From Squalus acanthias (Eukaryota): a stretch of 64,000 nt of DNA. Position numbers and translations under genes: made by a program. The DNA lies in the NCBI GenBank assembly GCA_030390025.1, contig CM059431.1, positions 125,056,001-125,120,000 on the forward strand. The letters are read 5' to 3'. The notes below the pieces were generated by a model, which saw only the letters and a list, made by a program, of their open reading frames with translations, was not told the DNA's origin and ran no database searches. Of the stretch, positions 53,074-64,000 are shown in pieces. Position 1 is the first letter of the stretch. Every line of letters starts with the position of its first letter.

Positions 53074-53673
53074 GGCCTAAAAATTTGGTTGCTTTGCGCC
53101 TCCCGTTAGCACCCTAAGAGGGCGCTAACGGGGCGCAAAGCAACTAGCGCCCGGGTGCGGCGCCGCCAACGCCTCCCGCGAAATTTAGCGGGAGGTTAGC
53201 AGCAGCAGTAACCATTAGCAGCCTGCGGCGCTGCGCCACCGGCGATTACATCATCGCTGTGCGCAGCGTCCCGGCCGCGATCTTCGGTAACGCCCCCTGA
53301 CCAGGGCGGCACTAATTAAAGGGGAGGTGCCAGCTGTGCTCCGTGAGCCCGGCACTTCTTTTGAGTGCCGGGCTCTTTTGCCGGCACTCCGATCCCTGGT
53401 GGCCCAGCTGGGCCCCGGGTCATGCTGTGCAAGGCCCCTCCCCTTTAAGAAGGGGAGGAAGACCTGCAGTACCGCGGCTTGTAGTGCCATGATATTCCCT
53501 TGCAGCGCCCCAAGAGGGAGGCGGGGCGCTTCCAGTAGCTCCCCGCTTCCCTCTTGGGGCGCTACCGATGAATTTCGGCCACGGGGGCTCTAATTTTTTC
53601 GGGGCGCTAATTTTTTTGGGGCGCTATGGCAAAGTTACCGCCCCCAAAGGGGGCGCGACTCAATTTCCCCCCC
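53074..53673. mobile_element. CpG-rich Harbinger-type MITE
   Basis: ATA flanks (53071-53073 and 53674-53676); TIR-like ends; many GGGGCGCT/AGCGCCCC motifs. Confidence 0.72.
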
Positions 53674-53727
53674 ATAATCTATGTAAGCAGTTTGCAATTG
53701 TTTACCTCAAAACCATGTCCCTTAAAC

Positions 53728-55500
53728 TAGAAATAAAACCAGAAAATGCTGGAGATACTCAGCAGGTCAGGCAGCATCTGTGAAGAGAGAAACAGAGTTA
53801 ACGTTTCAGGTCGATGACCTTTTGTCAGAACTGGAAAAAAGCAGGAAATGGAACAGATTTTTAAGCAAGTGTAGGAGCTGGGAAAGGCGGGAGGGGATGA
53901 AAGAACAAAAGGGAAGGTCTGTGATAGGATAGAAGACAGGAGAGGTTAAGAGACATTAAGAGACATTAAGAGATATTCAGGGCAAAAGGAGATGGTAATG
54001 GGACAGGTTAAGAAACAAAAGATGGCTCTAGATGAAGTGTAAATTGCGCTGGCAGAATGAAAGACAGCTGCCATGTGGGAGAGAAGAAAAGAAAACACAA
54101 ACAAAAAAAAAACACAAAAAAAAAGTGTGGAAAAAATATATATATGATAGGGGCCGAGGTTATGATCTGAAATTGTTGAACTCTATGTTGAGTCCAGAAG
54201 GCTGTAAAGTGCCTAATCGAAAGATGAGGTGCTGTTCCTCGAGCTTACGTTGAGCTTAAGTGGAACAATGTAAGAGGCCGAGGACGGTGAGGTCTGAGTG
54301 GGAGTGCAGCGGAGAATTAAAGTGACAGGTGACCGGAAGCTCGGGGTCCCCCTTACAGACTGAACGGAGGTGTTCCGCAAAGCGGTCACCCAATTTGCGT
54401 TTGGTCTCCCCAATGTAGAGGAGACCGCATCGAGAGCAGCGAATACAGTATACTAAATTGCAAGAAGTACAACTAAATCGCTGTTTCACCTGGAATGGGT
54501 GTTTGGAGCCCTGGACAGTGGGAAGGGGGGAGGTATAAGGGCATGTGTTGCATCTCCTGCGCTTGCACGGGAAGGTGCCGGGCGAAGGGGAAGGGGTGTT
54601 GGGGGTGATAGAGGAGTGGACCAGGGTGTCGCGGAGGGAGCGGTCCCTTCAGAATGCTGAAAGGGGAGGTGAGGGGAAGATGTGTTTGGTGGTGGGATCA
54701 CGCTGGAGGTGGCGGAAATGGTGGAGGATGATCTGTTGAATGTGGAGGCTGGTGGGGTGAAAGGTGAGGACAAGGGGAACCCTATCGTGGTTCCAGGAGG
54801 GAGGGGCAGGGGTGAGGGCAGAAGTGCGGGAGATAGAACGGACACGGTCAAGGACTGTGTCAACCACAGTAGAGGGGAATCCTCGGTTGAGGAAAAAGGA
54901 AGACATGTCGGAAGCACTGGTATGGAAGGTGGCATCGTCAGAGCAGATGCGGCGGAGACGGAGAAACTGGGAGAATGGAATAGAGTCCTTACAGGAGGAG
55001 GAACACTACAGTGGGAGGAAGTGTAGTCCAGGTAGCTGTGGGAGTCAGTGGGCTTGTAGTGAATGTTTGTCAATAACCTAACCCCAGAGATGGAGATGGA
55101 GAAGTCGAGGAAGGGAAGGGAAGAGTCGGAGATGGACCATGTGAAGTTGAGGGAAGGGTGGAAATTGGAAGCAAAGTGAATGAAATTTTCTAGTTCAGGG
55201 CGAGAGCAGGAAACGGCACTGATACAGTCATCAATGTACCGGAAAAAGAGGTGAGGGAGGGGACCTGAGTAGGATTGGAACAAAGAATGTTCCACATATC
55301 CCACGAAAAGACAGGCATAGCTAGGACCCATGCGGGTTCCCATAGCAACAACTTTGATTTGGAGGAAGTGAGTGTAGTCAAAGGAGAAGTTGTTCAATGT
55401 GAGAACAAGTTCAGCCAGGCGGAGGAGGGTGGTGATGGATGGGAACTGGTTGGGCCTCTGTTCAAGGAAGAAGCGGAGCGCCCTCAGGCCATCCTGGTGG
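53728..55500 (-). mobile_element. Penelope-like element: RT, GIY-YIG endonuclease and terminal repeat, 5'-truncated
   Basis: AMGTRMGPSYACLFVG and FFRYIDD in ORF 54486-55397; LVYCIRCSRCGLLYIGETKRKLGDRFAEH in ORF 54256-54489; frameshifted. Confidence 0.93.
53796..53832 (-). ncRNA. Minimal hammerhead motif with a mutated core (CTGACAA)
   Basis: Minus strand reads agtt-CTGACAA-a-aggtc(atc)gacct-GAAA-cg-TT-aact. Confidence 0.55.
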
Positions 55501-55929
55501 GACTTCCTTTACCTACTCTTATCTTTAGCTAAAGGACTCACTACCCCTGTTTTATTACCCCACAGTTATTTCCTTACACAAGCAGTTTACATATCAGAAG
55601 ACAAGCTATGGTTTCTCCTCACGGGACTTCAAAGTCATCAAGTATATATCGGAAAGCCTGACAATGCATTCCTTTTACGACACTTCAATGTCATCATGTT
55701 TAAAAAAGAAGTTCCACTGTTAAACTTTTAACTCCCCAAGATGTCCAACATACATCTCTCCAGGATATGCTAATAAGACACGCCTGTTTGAAAATCTGGT
55801 TTCAGCACGCAATTTTGTTCCTAATTGCTGATAACCATAATTTGAAATTGCCTGCAGGTACTAAAACAGAGACAGCCGCAGGTTTAGCACTCAAGTGCTG
55901 ATTAGATGTAATTTTTGTGGAGCAGGATA

Positions 55930-56450
55930 TGTGGGCTTCACTCACCCACTTCCACTGAAGATATGGAGTGGGCTGGCTGACACATGGCGGAAGGTTTCAG
56001 GATGGCTCAGGGACTGAGTGAAAGGGTGCACAGGTTTTTGGACCTGGCACTGGAGATCCTGGTGGAGGCGGTCCAGAGGAGAGGGATTCACTGTACCCAC
56101 AGGGGGAAGGAGTCCACCTCGCCCTCCTGACCCTCTTTCCTCCACATCTTCCTCTTCCTCCTCATCTTGTGGCTCCAGAGCTGGACCCTCTGGCACAGTT
56201 GCTGGTGGTAACAGCTGATCTCTTAGGATCGCCAGATTGTGGAGCATGCAGCAAACCACCATGGATCTGGAGCCCTCCCTGCCCTCCTGTCCCTCCTGTC
56301 ACTCTCTCCTCCTGCAGCTGGTGCTGCTCTGCTTGGCCTCCTCCCATTCCTCCTGCAGTCCAAGGGGGACCCCTAGCAAGATGCCGATGATCAAGCACTC
56401 CCTTTCTCCTGGTCAGTCCTATAAGGTGCACAATAAGGTAGAGCAGCACA
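55930..56450 (-). pseudogene. Internally deleted Harbinger transposase (N-terminus joined to C-terminus)
   Basis: VVCCMLHNLA plus the acidic tail lies directly downstream of a Q/E-rich N-terminal segment; the catalytic core is absent. Confidence 0.65.
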
Positions 56451-56904
56451 GCATTTACTCTTTTTAGATGAAGTCCTCAGAGAATTTCCAGAATAAATGT
56501 TGATAGAGTGTTGGTGAAGTGTTCACAAAGTGTCCCAGCAGTCTCCAGATGTGTTTCAAAAGTCTTCTTCAAACCTCCAGCAGCAAGTGAACAGTATAAA
56601 GTAATATACCTTTAAGTAGTGCTCGAAATCCTCAGCAATGAGGAGTTTACTCCCAATCAGCTGGTCGTTGTAAGGAGAGCTCTTTAATCAAGTGCTAGCC
56701 ACCAAAATGCCATGCAGCCTCCTCAATGAGCGCTAGCAGGCAATTTAAGTGGCAATCAGCTGCTTAACGATCCTCCAGGCAGCTGTTAAAAGGGCAAGCT
56801 TCAACTCCTTTATCAAGATGGCGTCTTGCGCTAAACGTGGGCTAAGCCCCCGTTTAAGCTTAAGACCCTATCTTGGCCACCACGGAGGCTCTTTCACACC
56901 TAAA

Positions 56905-59100
56905 GGGCTCGATATTGCCAGTGTGGGCGGGCTGGGGCGTGTCAGGTGGTTTTCGTGTCAGGACCCCGACTCCGATGTGAAATGGCAAAAAAGTGCAATT
57001 TTGCGCTAATTGGGCACTTGATTTCCAGCGTGTGGAAACCCCTGGCCCAATGAGTCTTTTCATACAGAAAGTCGCCTCCGATGACGTCATCAATGCTGCT
57101 GGATTTAAGGCCTGCAAGCCGCCTTGCTTCTTTTGGAGACTTTAAACTTTATGCCCATTGTTGTGATCGCTTCATTCAGCAACTATGTCCAGCAGTAGGC
57201 CAAAGTGTGCTCCAAGATTCGATGAGGCCTCCCTCCAAGCTCTGCTGGAGGGAGCAAGATCAAATAAAGAGGTGCTCTTCCCTTCCTCAGGGAGGAAAAA
57301 GTCTCCCCAGCAGATTAAAGTTATGTGGCTGCAAGTGGCCCAGGAGGTCAACTCAATGTCTATGTGCTGCAGAACCTTGCTGCAGTGCATGAAGAGGTTT
57401 CATGACCTTCTTCGCACAGGAAAAGTGAGTATGACATTCCCATCACTCTCAATCTGATCCCCATTGCCTCTCCTCACCAGCACTCTGCTTTGCCAACCTC
57501 TTCCTCCACATCCCACTTGACACTTACATCCCTGCACACTTACCATTCCCTCTCTCTCTATGGTCACATTCACTTAACTATTCGACCATGCAACCCTCAC
57601 ACTCCCTGTCACTGTGATGCAATGACAACAACTTACAACACACAGGGAGGGCCCTTTGTCTCCTTCTAAGCATCTATGCTATGGATTCTCTACACTCACT
57701 CCTTCATTCTCACTCAAACTCCACTTGTGTCCCTCATCGCAGGAAAAGAGAGCCCACAATAAGAGGGAAAGAGCGAGGACAGAAGGAGGGCCACCCTCAG
57801 TAGCCCAGCTCACCACTTCGGAGGAGGCGGCCCTGGAAATCACCGGTGTGGAGGACGATTTGCAAGTGGGCGACGGACAGACGGGCGCATCACAGCAAAT
57901 TGGTGACAGAATAGTTTGGCATCTCTCTCATTGACATTGCATGAGTGACTGATAATGATTCTGATGCTCCAACAGATTGACTTATGATCATCTGCACAAT
58001 TCAATGTGCATGTAACCTTGGCCTTACATCTCTAACTCTTTCCTTTACTCCCCCACAGGACCATCGAGAGCCCCTGTCCCCACTGTCCAGGAGGAACAGC
58101 CTGAGCCTCAAGACTCCTCAGAGGAAGCTGCAACCTCTGAGGGCGCAGCGTCAGCAGAATTCAGCGCACCCAGCACCCAAACAGACACTCACACCTCGGT
58201 GGGACCTTCGTGAGATAGAGTAGTGTTGTCACCTGGTGTATCACAGCTCACAAGTGAGCTTCAGCAGATGGTGGAGACAGGGACAGCAGTGGAGAGTCCT
58301 CGTCGGAGGGCGCAGGACTCTGCCAGCTCAGCTAAGCTGCATGTCGACCCTGTGCCTCCGGGTCCATCCAGAAGGAGAGCGGTGCTGGAACTCCAGGAAC
58401 AGGTGCAGGAGTCTCTGGCAGGTTTTGTCTCCAGGGTCGCTACAAATGCGGAGCGAATGGAGGAGTCAGTTGCGAACATGAGTCGAGCCTTTGTGGAGGC
58501 ATTGGCGCATGAATGCATCACCACAAAAGGATTACAACCTCCGTGGAAAGGATGGCTATGGTAGTGGAGAGGATGGCTATGGCCATGGAGGAGCTAAGTG
58601 ACCAGAGTGTTGAAAACATGGTCCTTGTTCAGAATAAACTGACATCTCTTGAGGAGTGATGGTCAGCTATTGAGCATAGAAACCAGTCCTTCATGGAAGT
58701 CCTCTGGAGTAGGACTTCCAGCGCAGAAACGGGTCCTCATGGCCCCCCTGAAGTGCAGCAAGGTGCTGTCAATCCACTTGCTTGCTCTGAAGTGGGGCTG
58801 ACCCATGAGATGGATGTTGGTGGCAGACAACAAGGAAGTGGGGGCTCCTCTCCAAGCGCTCACATGACCATGCCACTGTAAAGATGGGCGTCTCAGCCCC
58901 TGCACAGCTGCAGGAGCAGCAGACTGATACCGAGCCCTCACAGGTTCGCAACCCCAGAGGACGGCCGCCAAAGGTGTTGAGACAGGAGCAGCAAGAAAGT
59001 GAGCAAGGGGCCTCCACATCTGCTGAAGCCACAGGGGAAGCACCACGTACAAGCATGCGTAAGAGGAAGATAAAGCACAAAACTAAAGGATTCATTGTCC
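56905..59100 (+). mobile_element. Harbinger left half (terminus, promoter and Myb gene)
   Basis: Terminus GGGCTCGATATT, repeated at 63932, followed by the Myb gene. Confidence 0.8.
57185..59095 (+). pseudogene. Harbinger Myb/SANT-like gene, 3 exons (57185-57424, 57743-57902, 58059-about 59095)
   Basis: Exons 1 and 2 are open and in phase (MSSSRPKCAPRFDEASLQALLEG...CMKRFHDLLRTGK|EKRAHN); GT-AG sites; exon 3 has stops and frameshifts; basic C-terminus RKRK. Confidence 0.85.
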
Positions 59101-59889
59101 AAAAAAATTACTGCGCTGTGTCTTGCGACAGATGTGAATTGAGGGAGGATACTTCACCTATGGTTGGTTCCTCCATTGAGCATTTTCTGGGTTGTGCAAT
59201 GCTAGCCAAAGGTTTCCATGAGGAACAACTGGAGATACATCAGCTTTGGTGCGGATTTTACTACACCCCCACCTCACACCAAAAGTATGCTTCCTGGAGA
59301 AGGCAAAGCTAAATGTCTATGGTATTGTGTAGTTTAAGAACATTGTTAGGCAATAAAGCTGAGCCCATCTGCGAAAGCAGGTTTGTCCTCTAATCAGCCT
59401 GCTCCTTTCTGGTGAGAAACCAGTATGTCTCCTCTGTGAAGTTCCAAGGTCTTTTGGCAACCAGTCAGTATAGGACCAGCACTGAATTCTATGGTGCAGT
59501 CCTCAGGCTGATGTGCACCACTGTGTGGAGGATTCTCTGAGTGGTGACCCATCCCAGAGTTGGGTACTAGTCACTGGAGATAGCTACAAAAAGAAAAAAC
59601 AAACATAGTTTATATGCATAATTACTTACAATATACCAAGCACAATTAACATTGCAGAAACACATTTTTGACATGTGGTTGTTTTTACAATCTATTCTAC
59701 AATGAGGAAAATAAGTGTAGAGAAATATTTAATTTTGAAGTTTATTTCTCCACGTAAATTTAAGAAAACAATATGCAGTGAAGTTACTAAACATTATGGC
59801 TTCAACTGGGGACATAGCGAATATCTCCCAGATCACTGTCCGTTGATGCATCCGGGAAGTCACAAAGGTTCTGTACAAAAGGAGAAGGG

Positions 59890-60652
59890 AGTACATCTCT
59901 TTCCCCATGACCTGGGACAAACAGCATGAACGCACATGTGGCTTCGCTAGGATAGCAGGTTTCCCCATGGGTCAGGGCGCCATTGACTGCGCGCATGTGG
60001 CATTGCGGGCACCTCATGAAAATGCAGAGGCGTTCCAAAACCACAAGGGCTTCCACTCTCTGAACGTCCAGTTGGTTTGCGACCATAGACAGTGCATCTT
60101 CGCCATCAATGCCCGCTATCCTGGTAGCAGCCATGATGCTTTTATCCTGCGCCAGACTGGTATCCCAGACCTCTTCCAAGCACCGCGTCAACCTCGTGGC
60201 TGGCTCCTCGGGAACAAGGGTTATCCACTCTGCACCTGGCTGATGACACCGCTCCATAACCTCAACACTCCTGCTGAGCTCACATACAATGATAGCCATA
60301 GCGCCACCAGGAACCTCATTGAGCAGACGATCGGCGTCTTGAAACAACGGTTCCGGTGTCTTGACCACTCTGGAGGAGCCCTGCAGTACTCTCTCAAGTG
60401 AGTCTCGCTTTTCATTGTTGTGTGCTGCATGCTTCACAACCTTGCAATTATGAAGTCCCAGCCATTGCCACCAGGGATTTATGCACCACCTGACGAAGAG
60501 GAGGAGGAGGAGGCGGAGGAGGAGGAGGAGGAGGAGGAGGAGGCGGAGGAGGAGGATGAAGAGGAGGATCAGTAGCACCATCGTGGGAGGGAGTTGCACA
60601 ATGTTGCCTCTGCAAGGGCCATCCATGAACGCCTGATAAGACACCGCTTCTG
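59890..60652 (+). pseudogene. Harbinger DDE transposase, C-terminal two-thirds
   Basis: [30 protein letters not shown] (catalytic D reads N), IEQTIGVLKQRFRCL; in-frame stop at 60399-60401; poly-Glu tail. Confidence 0.9.
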
Positions 60653-61244
60653 ACGAATGACAGAGAAGATGGCTTCTAGGATGAAGAAGCACATCATTGC
60701 AAGCATCCTGCAGCCCCTATTGCCGGGCAAAGCTTCAATGAATCAAATGAGCAAAGTTGTAAAATTCCAATACAATTTTTATTTATATGACAAACTGTGT
60801 CTTATTCATTCAGGACAAACAATTAGAAACAAACCCAACAATTCATAAACTACCAAAACTCGTTCTTACCACATCGAGATAAGCGTCAACCCAGTAAACA
60901 AATATATCAAGATGAACATCAAACTTTCCCACAAGCATTTCCCCCCATTTATTGCATAATTTTTACTTTTCAGCCTTTGAGAGTGACATCCATCCTCTGC
61001 GCACTTCCCCCATTCCCACCCTACTACTCCTCTGTAATGTGGCCCCACTGGCTGCACCAACTCTGAATGGGCGGCAGCAGTCTGGGCAGGCAGGGTTACA
61101 GGCTGTAGCAAGTGCAATGGCGAAGTGGCAGTGGTGGGAGCAGGAATGCTGTCATCCTGAGAGAGGCCATGATGTGGAGACTGGGGTGGACAAATGTGAG
61201 AAGTTGCACAACACCAGGTTATAGTCCAACAGCTTTATTTGAAA

Positions 61245-61281
61245 TCACAAGCTTTCGGAGCGCTGCTCCTTCGTCAGGTGA
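61245..61281 (-). ncRNA. Minimal type I hammerhead ribozyme motif with intact core, within a repeat fragment at 61197-61281
   Basis: Minus strand reads tcac-CTGACGA-a-ggagc(agc)gctcc-GAAA-gc-TT-gtga. Confidence 0.78.
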
Positions 61282-62798
61282 CTCCATCCCTCCTCTACAT
61301 AGCATCTGCCTGAGGCTGAACCAAACTCTTCACAACCAGAAGTGTGCTTTCAGCCACATATCTGTGGCATAACTAAGACAGCCTATTTCCACCTCCGTAA
61401 CATTGCCCAACTCTGCCCCTGCCTCAGCTCATCTGCTGCTGAAACCCTCATCCATGCCTTTGTTACCTCTAGACTTGACTATTACAATGCACTCCTGGCT
61501 GGCCTCCCACGTTCTACCCTACGTAAACTTGAGGTCATCCAAAACTCAGCTGCCCGTGTCCTAACTCGCATCAATTGCCATTCACCCATCACCCCCCATG
61601 CTCTCTGGCCTACATTGGCTCCTGGTTGTAAGATTCCAATAAAACCGCTGCTACCGTGTGCAGATCGAAGTTCAGAATGAATTGTGAAATGGTTACAGAC
61701 GGATTCAAAATGTAGGAATTCAGCATGTGTTCTTTGTTTGTGAAGACACAAAATGGCAGAAGTCAGCAGGGGTTCCTTTGCCTGGTGGTCAGCATGGTCC
61801 TTTGTTTGAGAGGCCACATGGACAGGAAGGAGGAACATGAGTGACAAGGAAGTCCAGCCCCCACACACCTCACAGGAACAGGAACATGTCATGCGGAAGG
61901 AACTCCAATCAAGGAAGGTTTGGAGTGAAACTGACCTATCAGAGGGAGGCAGACAGTGATATACGAGGGAGGTCAGCAGAAAGGCCATATAAAGAGTGAC
62001 CCGGGGGGTGGGGGTGGGGGAAATTCAGAACACAGAAGGGACAAAGAAGACAGAACGGAAGAACAGACGAACAGAGGAAGCTGGCCAGTCTAAGTTTCGA
62101 CCTACAACTTTTCTGCATTGATCACCCAGAGATAAAGGAGATTGTATGAAAATCGGACATAGAGCTTAGATATTGTTAAAGGGGTACTTTTATGGACGGT
62201 TGACTTGGAATATAAATCACCCAGAGGTAGCGTGTAGATTGCTGGGAAGTATTTTTAATACGGGTAAATTGGGCGCATATTGATTGCGACGTACACTTGA
62301 ATTTTGAACTGTAGTGTGAATAAAAACCAATTTTATTGATCACATACTTGTCTGTCATTGTTACGCTTATTCGTAATTCTCAAGGTCCGAACAGTAGTAA
62401 GAGAAATGCTTACATGGTTAAGCAATGCCTCAATATTAAAATTCTCATCCTTGTTTTCAAATCCCTCCATGGCCTCACCCCTCCCCATCTCTGTAATCTC
62501 CTCCAGCCCCACAAACCCCCGAGATATCTGTGCTCCTCTAATTCTGGCTTCTAGAGCAATCTGATTTTAATCGCTCAACCATTGGTGGCTATGCCTTCAG
62601 CTGCCAAGTCCCTAAGCTCTGGAATTCCCTCCCTAAATCTCTCCATCTCTACCTCTTTGACTAAGCTTTTGATCATCTGACCTAATTTCTCCCTGTGTGG
62701 CTCGGTGTTAAATTTAGTTTTATAAAACTCCTGTGAAGCGCCTTGTGACGTTCTACTGCTTTAAAGATGCTATGTTAATATAAGTTGTTGTGGTTGTT
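61280..62798 (+). mobile_element. L2 LINE 3' part, split by a solo LTR
   Basis: ITKTAYFHLRNIA...SRLDYYN; resumes at 62415 (VKQCLNIKIL); (TTG)n tail at about 62783-62798. Confidence 0.88.
61627..62414 (+). mobile_element. Solo LTR, 788 bp
   Basis: TGTAAG...CTTACA termini; 4-bp TSD TGGT (61623-61626 and 62415-62418); TATAAA at 61988; AATAAA at 62319. Confidence 0.92.
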
Positions 62799-62894
62799 GC
62801 TGAGTGAGTGGAGAGCTACATGAATAGGTGTTGCATAATGGTGCGACATCAATCGTTGATCAGTGAAATCAGACTGATGGATTTTTGTTGGGTT

Positions 62895-63015
62895 AGGTTA
62901 TGAAGGCATATGGAGCAATGGCAGGTGAATGGAGTTGAGGCACAGATCAACCAGGATCTCATTGAATGGCGGAGCATACCCGAGAGGCTGAATGGCCTCT
63001 TCTGTTCCTATATTC
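62895..63015 (+). mobile_element. CR1 3' tail fragment
   Basis: Similar to 37755-37876. Confidence 0.65.
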
Positions 63016-63019
63016 CTGT

Positions 63020-63385
63020 GAAAGTTTTTTGCAGGGGTGGACGCAGATGGAAATAGGTTGGAAGGTGGTGGGGGGTTACGGGTGATAAAATGAATGGTCA
63101 GAGATGGCCTTGTCAATGATTGCGACCATGCAAGCAGTGAGGAAAGGAGAGACGGCAACATAGAGGGGTGGACGTGATAGGTAGGGGAGTTTAAGGGACA
63201 ACAGGAGGGCAGTAAAATCGGAGGAGAAAGGACAAGGGGAGTTGAAATGCAAATTGAAATGACAAGGATGAGGAGTCACTGAGTGCAGAGGCTGAAGGAG
63301 CAAAGCAGGGAGGATATGTAGGTGAGAAATCTGAGGTGGTGGGCAATAGACAACAAAAATTTTAAAGGAGACAAGAGTGGAACAA
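63020..63385 (-). mobile_element. Decayed LINE endonuclease fragment (L2-like)
   Basis: VVYCPPP, HFNLH and ISDH in ORF 63076-63402. Confidence 0.55.
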
Positions 63386-63478
63386 ATGTCACAATGTGCC
63401 ACTCTGATGTCACAACAGACCGCTCTGATGTCATAACGGGCCTCTCTGATGTCACAATGGGCTGCTCTGATGTCACAG
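63386..63478. repeat. 21-bp tandem repeat, about 4.5 copies, core CTCTGATGTCA
   Basis: Read directly from the sequence. Confidence 0.9.
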
Positions 63479-63931
63479 CAATTTCCTGATTACATCATTA
63501 AGCAGCTTCAATCCCTGACACATGAAGATCCCAATTTGGGGCAATTTTGCGAGAAATGTTTGTCCTACACCCCCATTTCCACATCTTTTGTCACAAGTAC
63601 TTTGAGTGTCTGTGGTGCGATGGGTTCTTTATTAGGAACAAACAGCTGCTCAATCCAATATGGCTGCCAAGGGTTGGGAATGTTGCCTTGTCCGTATGGT
63701 CTGTATCTCAGGTCTGGGCCTTTACCCCCAGCACCCACCTTAAAGTGCCACAGAGAGCTGGCAGGGCTTATATGGGCACATGACCCAGGGCCACATCACA
63801 ACTGAGGGCTAATGTAACCTGGCCTCACAATGGAAACCATGATGACACAGAAACCCAGGGCTGGACAAAATACAGCAAAATGCTACAAACTGTGCATTTC
63901 TGCATGAAATGGATGTTGTGACAGAGATATC

Positions 63932-64000
63932 GGGCTCGATGTTGCCAGTGTGGGCAGGCTGGGGTGTGTTAGGTGGCATTTGTGTCAGGACCCCGACTCC
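63932..64000 (+). mobile_element. Start of a second copy of the 56905 Harbinger terminus (runs off the window)
   Basis: Colinear with 56905-56973. Confidence 0.85.

Noticed and set aside
57185..60652. Myb gene (57185) and transposase (59890) as one element
   Set aside because: They are in tandem orientation, whereas the complete element at 34035 is convergent. The transposase lacks its N-terminus, and unrelated DNA separates the two.

Overview
Eukaryotic, transposon-saturated DNA. The repeat repertoire (CR1 and L2 LINEs, Deu-domain SINEs, Penelope elements, PIF/Harbinger transposons) points to a cartilaginous fish such as a shark; this taxon call is my inference. I found no intact host protein-coding gene. 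The window holds: (i) four copies of a CR1/Zenon-like EN+RT LINE, one of which (44065-47608) is bounded by a 10-bp TSD and starts with a tRNA-like head with no ORF1; (ii) classical CR1 and L2 LINE remnants; (iii) a Penelope-like element and several terminal fragments, together carrying six minimal hammerhead-ribozyme motifs; (iv) a structurally complete but decayed Harbinger (34035-41197) with a 3-exon Myb/SANT gene converging on a DDE transposase, plus partial Harbingers and MITEs with 3-bp TSDs; (v) a two-finger C2H2 mini-ORF in a 490-bp tandem unit captured inside that Harbinger; (vi) a clean solo LTR; (vii) Deu-domain SINEs and tandem repeats, including a polyQ-coding expansion inside a transposase. 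All coordinates were counted by eye. The ends of decayed elements are approximate.
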